Below are positions 61,342 to 64,000 of a DNA stretch of 64,000 bases, piece by piece. The position numbers and the translations under genes were made by a program. The notes beneath the pieces were generated by a model. The model was not told where the DNA came from, did not search any database, and worked only from the letters and a program-made list of their open reading frames with translations. Origin of the DNA: Anthoceros angustus (lineage: Eukaryota; Plantae; Anthocerotophyta); assembly GCA_010909165.1 (NCBI GenBank), contig MU008183.1, positions 496,001 through 560,000 on the forward strand, read 5' to 3'. Positions within the stretch are counted from its first letter, which is position 1; each line of letters opens with the position of its first letter.

Positions 61342-62729
61342 TGTCAGTCCAGCCAATGATCATCCCAGTGAGGGTCCGGAAGCTCCTGCATTAGAGACAG
61401 ATGAGTTCTCTTCACCTAATGTTTTGCCTGATGCAGTCTCTCGTGATTCGTTAGAACCCGTTGAACCAGAACCTCTTGATCCAAAAGCTCTTCATCCAGA
61501 ACCGCCTGATTCTCCTATCCTTTGTAGGTCTTCCCGTATTCGTCGACCTCTTAGTGATTGGGCTGACCAGTCATATGCTTACAACATAGCGTCTTCCTTG
61601 GGCGAACTTGCAACTTACCAAGAAGCAATTAGTGGGCCAGAGTCTGAACACTAAAAACGTGCCATAAAATTAGAATATGACTCTTTGATAGCGAATCAAA
61701 CTTGGACCCTTGTAGACCTACCTCCAGGACGCAAGCCTGTAGCTTACAAATGGGTGTTTAAGAAGAAATTAAACACTGATGGGAATGTAGGCAAGTACAA
61801 GGCCCGTTTAGTAGCCAAGGGCTACAGCCAGTGTACGTAGAAGGGTTAGATTACAATGAAACATACGCCCCAGTTGTTAAGTCGACCTCAGTGAGGATTC
61901 TTCCATCTCTGGCAGCTCAGTTTGGCCTTTTGGTTCACCAATTAGATGTGAAAACTGCTTTCCTGAATGGATCCTTAGAAGAAGATATATTTATGTGTCA
62001 ACCAGAAGGGTTTGTTATAGATGTTGACAAGGTGTGCAAGCTTTTAAAAACACTATATGGCTTGAAGCAGTCTTCAAGAGCCTGGAACGAGACTTTTCAT
62101 GCTCTACTCATTGAGCTAGGCTTCACTTGTTTAGCATCTGACACAAGTGTTTACATTTTACGTGACGGGGATGATTTCCTTATACTTACTGTTTACATAG
62201 ACGATAATTTCTTATTCTGCACATCAGCAGCTTTAATGGAGAGAATCAAGAAGATCTTACTATCTCGGTTTGAGATGATAGATTTGGGGCAACTCTCCGT
62301 TTCTCAGGGCAGCCAGTTTCACTTTCATGATGGGCATGTCATTGATATACACCAGGAACATTTCTTCAGGCAACTTCTCAAGAGATTTAATATGGAGGAT
62401 TGTCGTCCAGTCTCCACTCCTATGTCTACAGGCGAGAAGCTCTCCAGAGAGCATTATTCTACAACTGTAGAAGAGAAGGAGTCTATGTCGAAGAAGCCCT
62501 ACGGGCAGGCAGTGGGCTGCCTTATTTATATGGCAGCTTGGACTTGTTTGGATATCTCTCGAGCTGTTAGCGATGTCTCGCAGTTTTTGGAGAACCCTGG
62601 TGAGGTGCACTGGGCAGCAGTCGAGCATATTTTTAGATACTTGAAGGGCACAGCTAGGTGGGGACTTCGTTATGCAAGACAACATGGAGAATTGCAACTG
62701 ACATCATTTTGTGACGCTGACTGGGCAGG

Positions 62730-63058
62730 TGTCATGTCGTGTGATACTAATCTCTACACTTGGGTTCAGTGCTAATTAGTTTTAATTAATGCTAATCAAA
62801 CACTAAACCCAAGTGCAGAGATTAGTATCACACGACATGACAGCTGTCGCACGAGGTAAGCACTTGAATTCATATAAGCACTTCCTCGACAAACAACCAA
62901 GCAAAACAAATCTAATACGCAGATATATAGGTGCAAACCAATCCCCCCCTGATAATTGATAAACCCCTAAACCTATATATCTGCGTATTAGATTTGTTTT
63001 GCTTAGTTGTTTGTCGAGGAAGGGGTTATATGAATTCAAGTGCTTACCTCGTGCGACA
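62730..63058. mobile_element. 329-bp double-foldback (two tandem MITE-like hairpins) inserted in copia-3 RNase H
   Basis: Hairpin 1 at 62730-62842 and hairpin 2 at 62845-63058, each TGTC...GACA. TSD CAGG at 62726-62729 and 63059-63062. Removal restores DADWAG-DPDSRRS. Confidence 0.85.
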
Positions 63059-63530
63059 CAGGAGACCCAGATAGTCGACGTAGTGTTGCAGCTTATTGTA
63101 ACATGCTTGGTGGATCAGTGATTTCTTGGTCAAGTAAAAAGTTCATAACAATTTGCCTTTCATCCACCGAGGCAGGGTATGGAGCACTCTCTCAGGCTGC
63201 TAGGGAGATTATTTGAATACGGTCTTTTCTACGTGGACTTCAGCAACTTGGGCTTGGGGCTATGAGACTTTCGTGTGATAACCAGTTTGCGATTACAATT
63301 TCAAAGAACCTTGTTTTTCACGCCAGGAGTAAGCAGATTGAGATCACATACCATTTCATTTGCCAAGAGGTAGACACAGGTGAAGTGATAGTTGAGTATA
63401 TCCCAACTGGTGAGAACACAGTGGTTCTTTTAACTAAAGCTTAGCCCAAGTTACTACATCTGAAACATAGCCAGGCAACCGGATTGTGCGCTATTCCTCC
63501 AGCCTTAGAGGCTGAAACTGCACACTAGAC

Positions 63531-63962
63531 CTATTCCTCAACATGTCCATTTTGGCAGATAATCTGTCTCTTGCATTGTCTTCTTCCGTTGCTCGAGGAG
63601 TGTTGCCATCTTCCTTGTTTCTTGCAAGATAGTTGTTTCGAACAATTTGTCACAGACCCTTTCAAGTGACAAGTGTCAACAGGACTTGGCTGAAGCCTCA
63701 AGTGGATGAAGCTTAACTTACATGTAAGATTTGTGTCTTCCGTAGAATAGGTATTTTCCCATTCCTCTTCCTCTGTAGTACAAGTGCTATGAGGGAGTAT
63801 GTCGTTCCTTCTGGACGTTTGTTGCTCGCAACAATGTTTCTGTCTTCCCACATTAGCTTCCTGACTCTCTATTGTAATTTTGTATTCGTAGTAATAGTCG
63901 GATTCTCCGTCTTCCTTGGGTAGAGCATGCTTCATGATGGCTTGGTACTCTTGCTTGGTCAA
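63531..63962 (-). CDS. Hypothetical ORF at the window edge
   Basis: A 143-aa open frame with no recognised motif. Confidence 0.15.
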   Translation of the reverse strand: MTKQEYQAIMKHALPKEDGESDYYYEYKITIESQEANVGRQKHCCEQQTSRRNDILPHSTCTTEEEEWENTYSTEDTNLTCKLSFIHLRLQPSPVDTCHLKGSVTNCSKQLSCKKQGRWQHSSSNGRRQCKRQIICQNGHVEE

Positions 63963-64000
63963 TCATTTATGCTTTGTAGTATCACTTGGTGCGAATGATA

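Larger units (their letters stand above)
42040..63460 (+). mobile_element. Truncated Ty1/copia element (copia-3) interrupted by copia-2 and a double-hairpin insertion; no LTRs identified
   Basis: Integrase at 42040-42780 (TIHSDICGP, LRTDNDGEY, HLRIFGALAY), RT at ~61600-62729 (LDVKTAFLNG, LYGLKQS, VYIDD) and RH at 63063-63445 (ARSKQIEITYHF). Confidence 0.85.

Overview
Land-plant nuclear DNA (probably a non-seed lineage; inferred from PLS-type PPR, GT47, E2F and compact introns), apparently from an unpolished long-read assembly, since most ORFs carry 1-nt indels. A host gene island at ~27.5-40.6 kb (UBC23/24-like E2, beta-trefoil gene, PPR fragment, chloroplast NAD(P)-binding Rossmann protein, E2F, LSm2, GT47 exostosin) is flanked by nested TE clusters. 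Left: a Ty1/copia element (106-27154, minus) splits a beta-trefoil gene and contains a 20-kb TIR DNA transposon (element A, 6448-26519). Right: copia-3 contains copia-2 (42953-61341), which contains an 11.9-kb TIR DNA transposon (element B, 48216-60110). A and B are divergent members of one family. They share 4-bp TSDs, the TIR consensus AACAnnGTCTnnnnAGAA, and a three-gene layout: a plus-strand DDD/E (DUF7869/Sola-like) transposase with an SH3/Tudor-like tail, a divergently transcribed conserved orphan gene, and a ParB/Srx-domain protein fused to a beta-class (N6A/N4C-type) DNA methyltransferase fold. The MTase is invisible in the ORF track because of frameshifts and emerges only by threading frames in both elements. 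This transposon-borne ParB-MTase module is the main candidate novel system. Domain calls are by eye and need HMM/structure confirmation.
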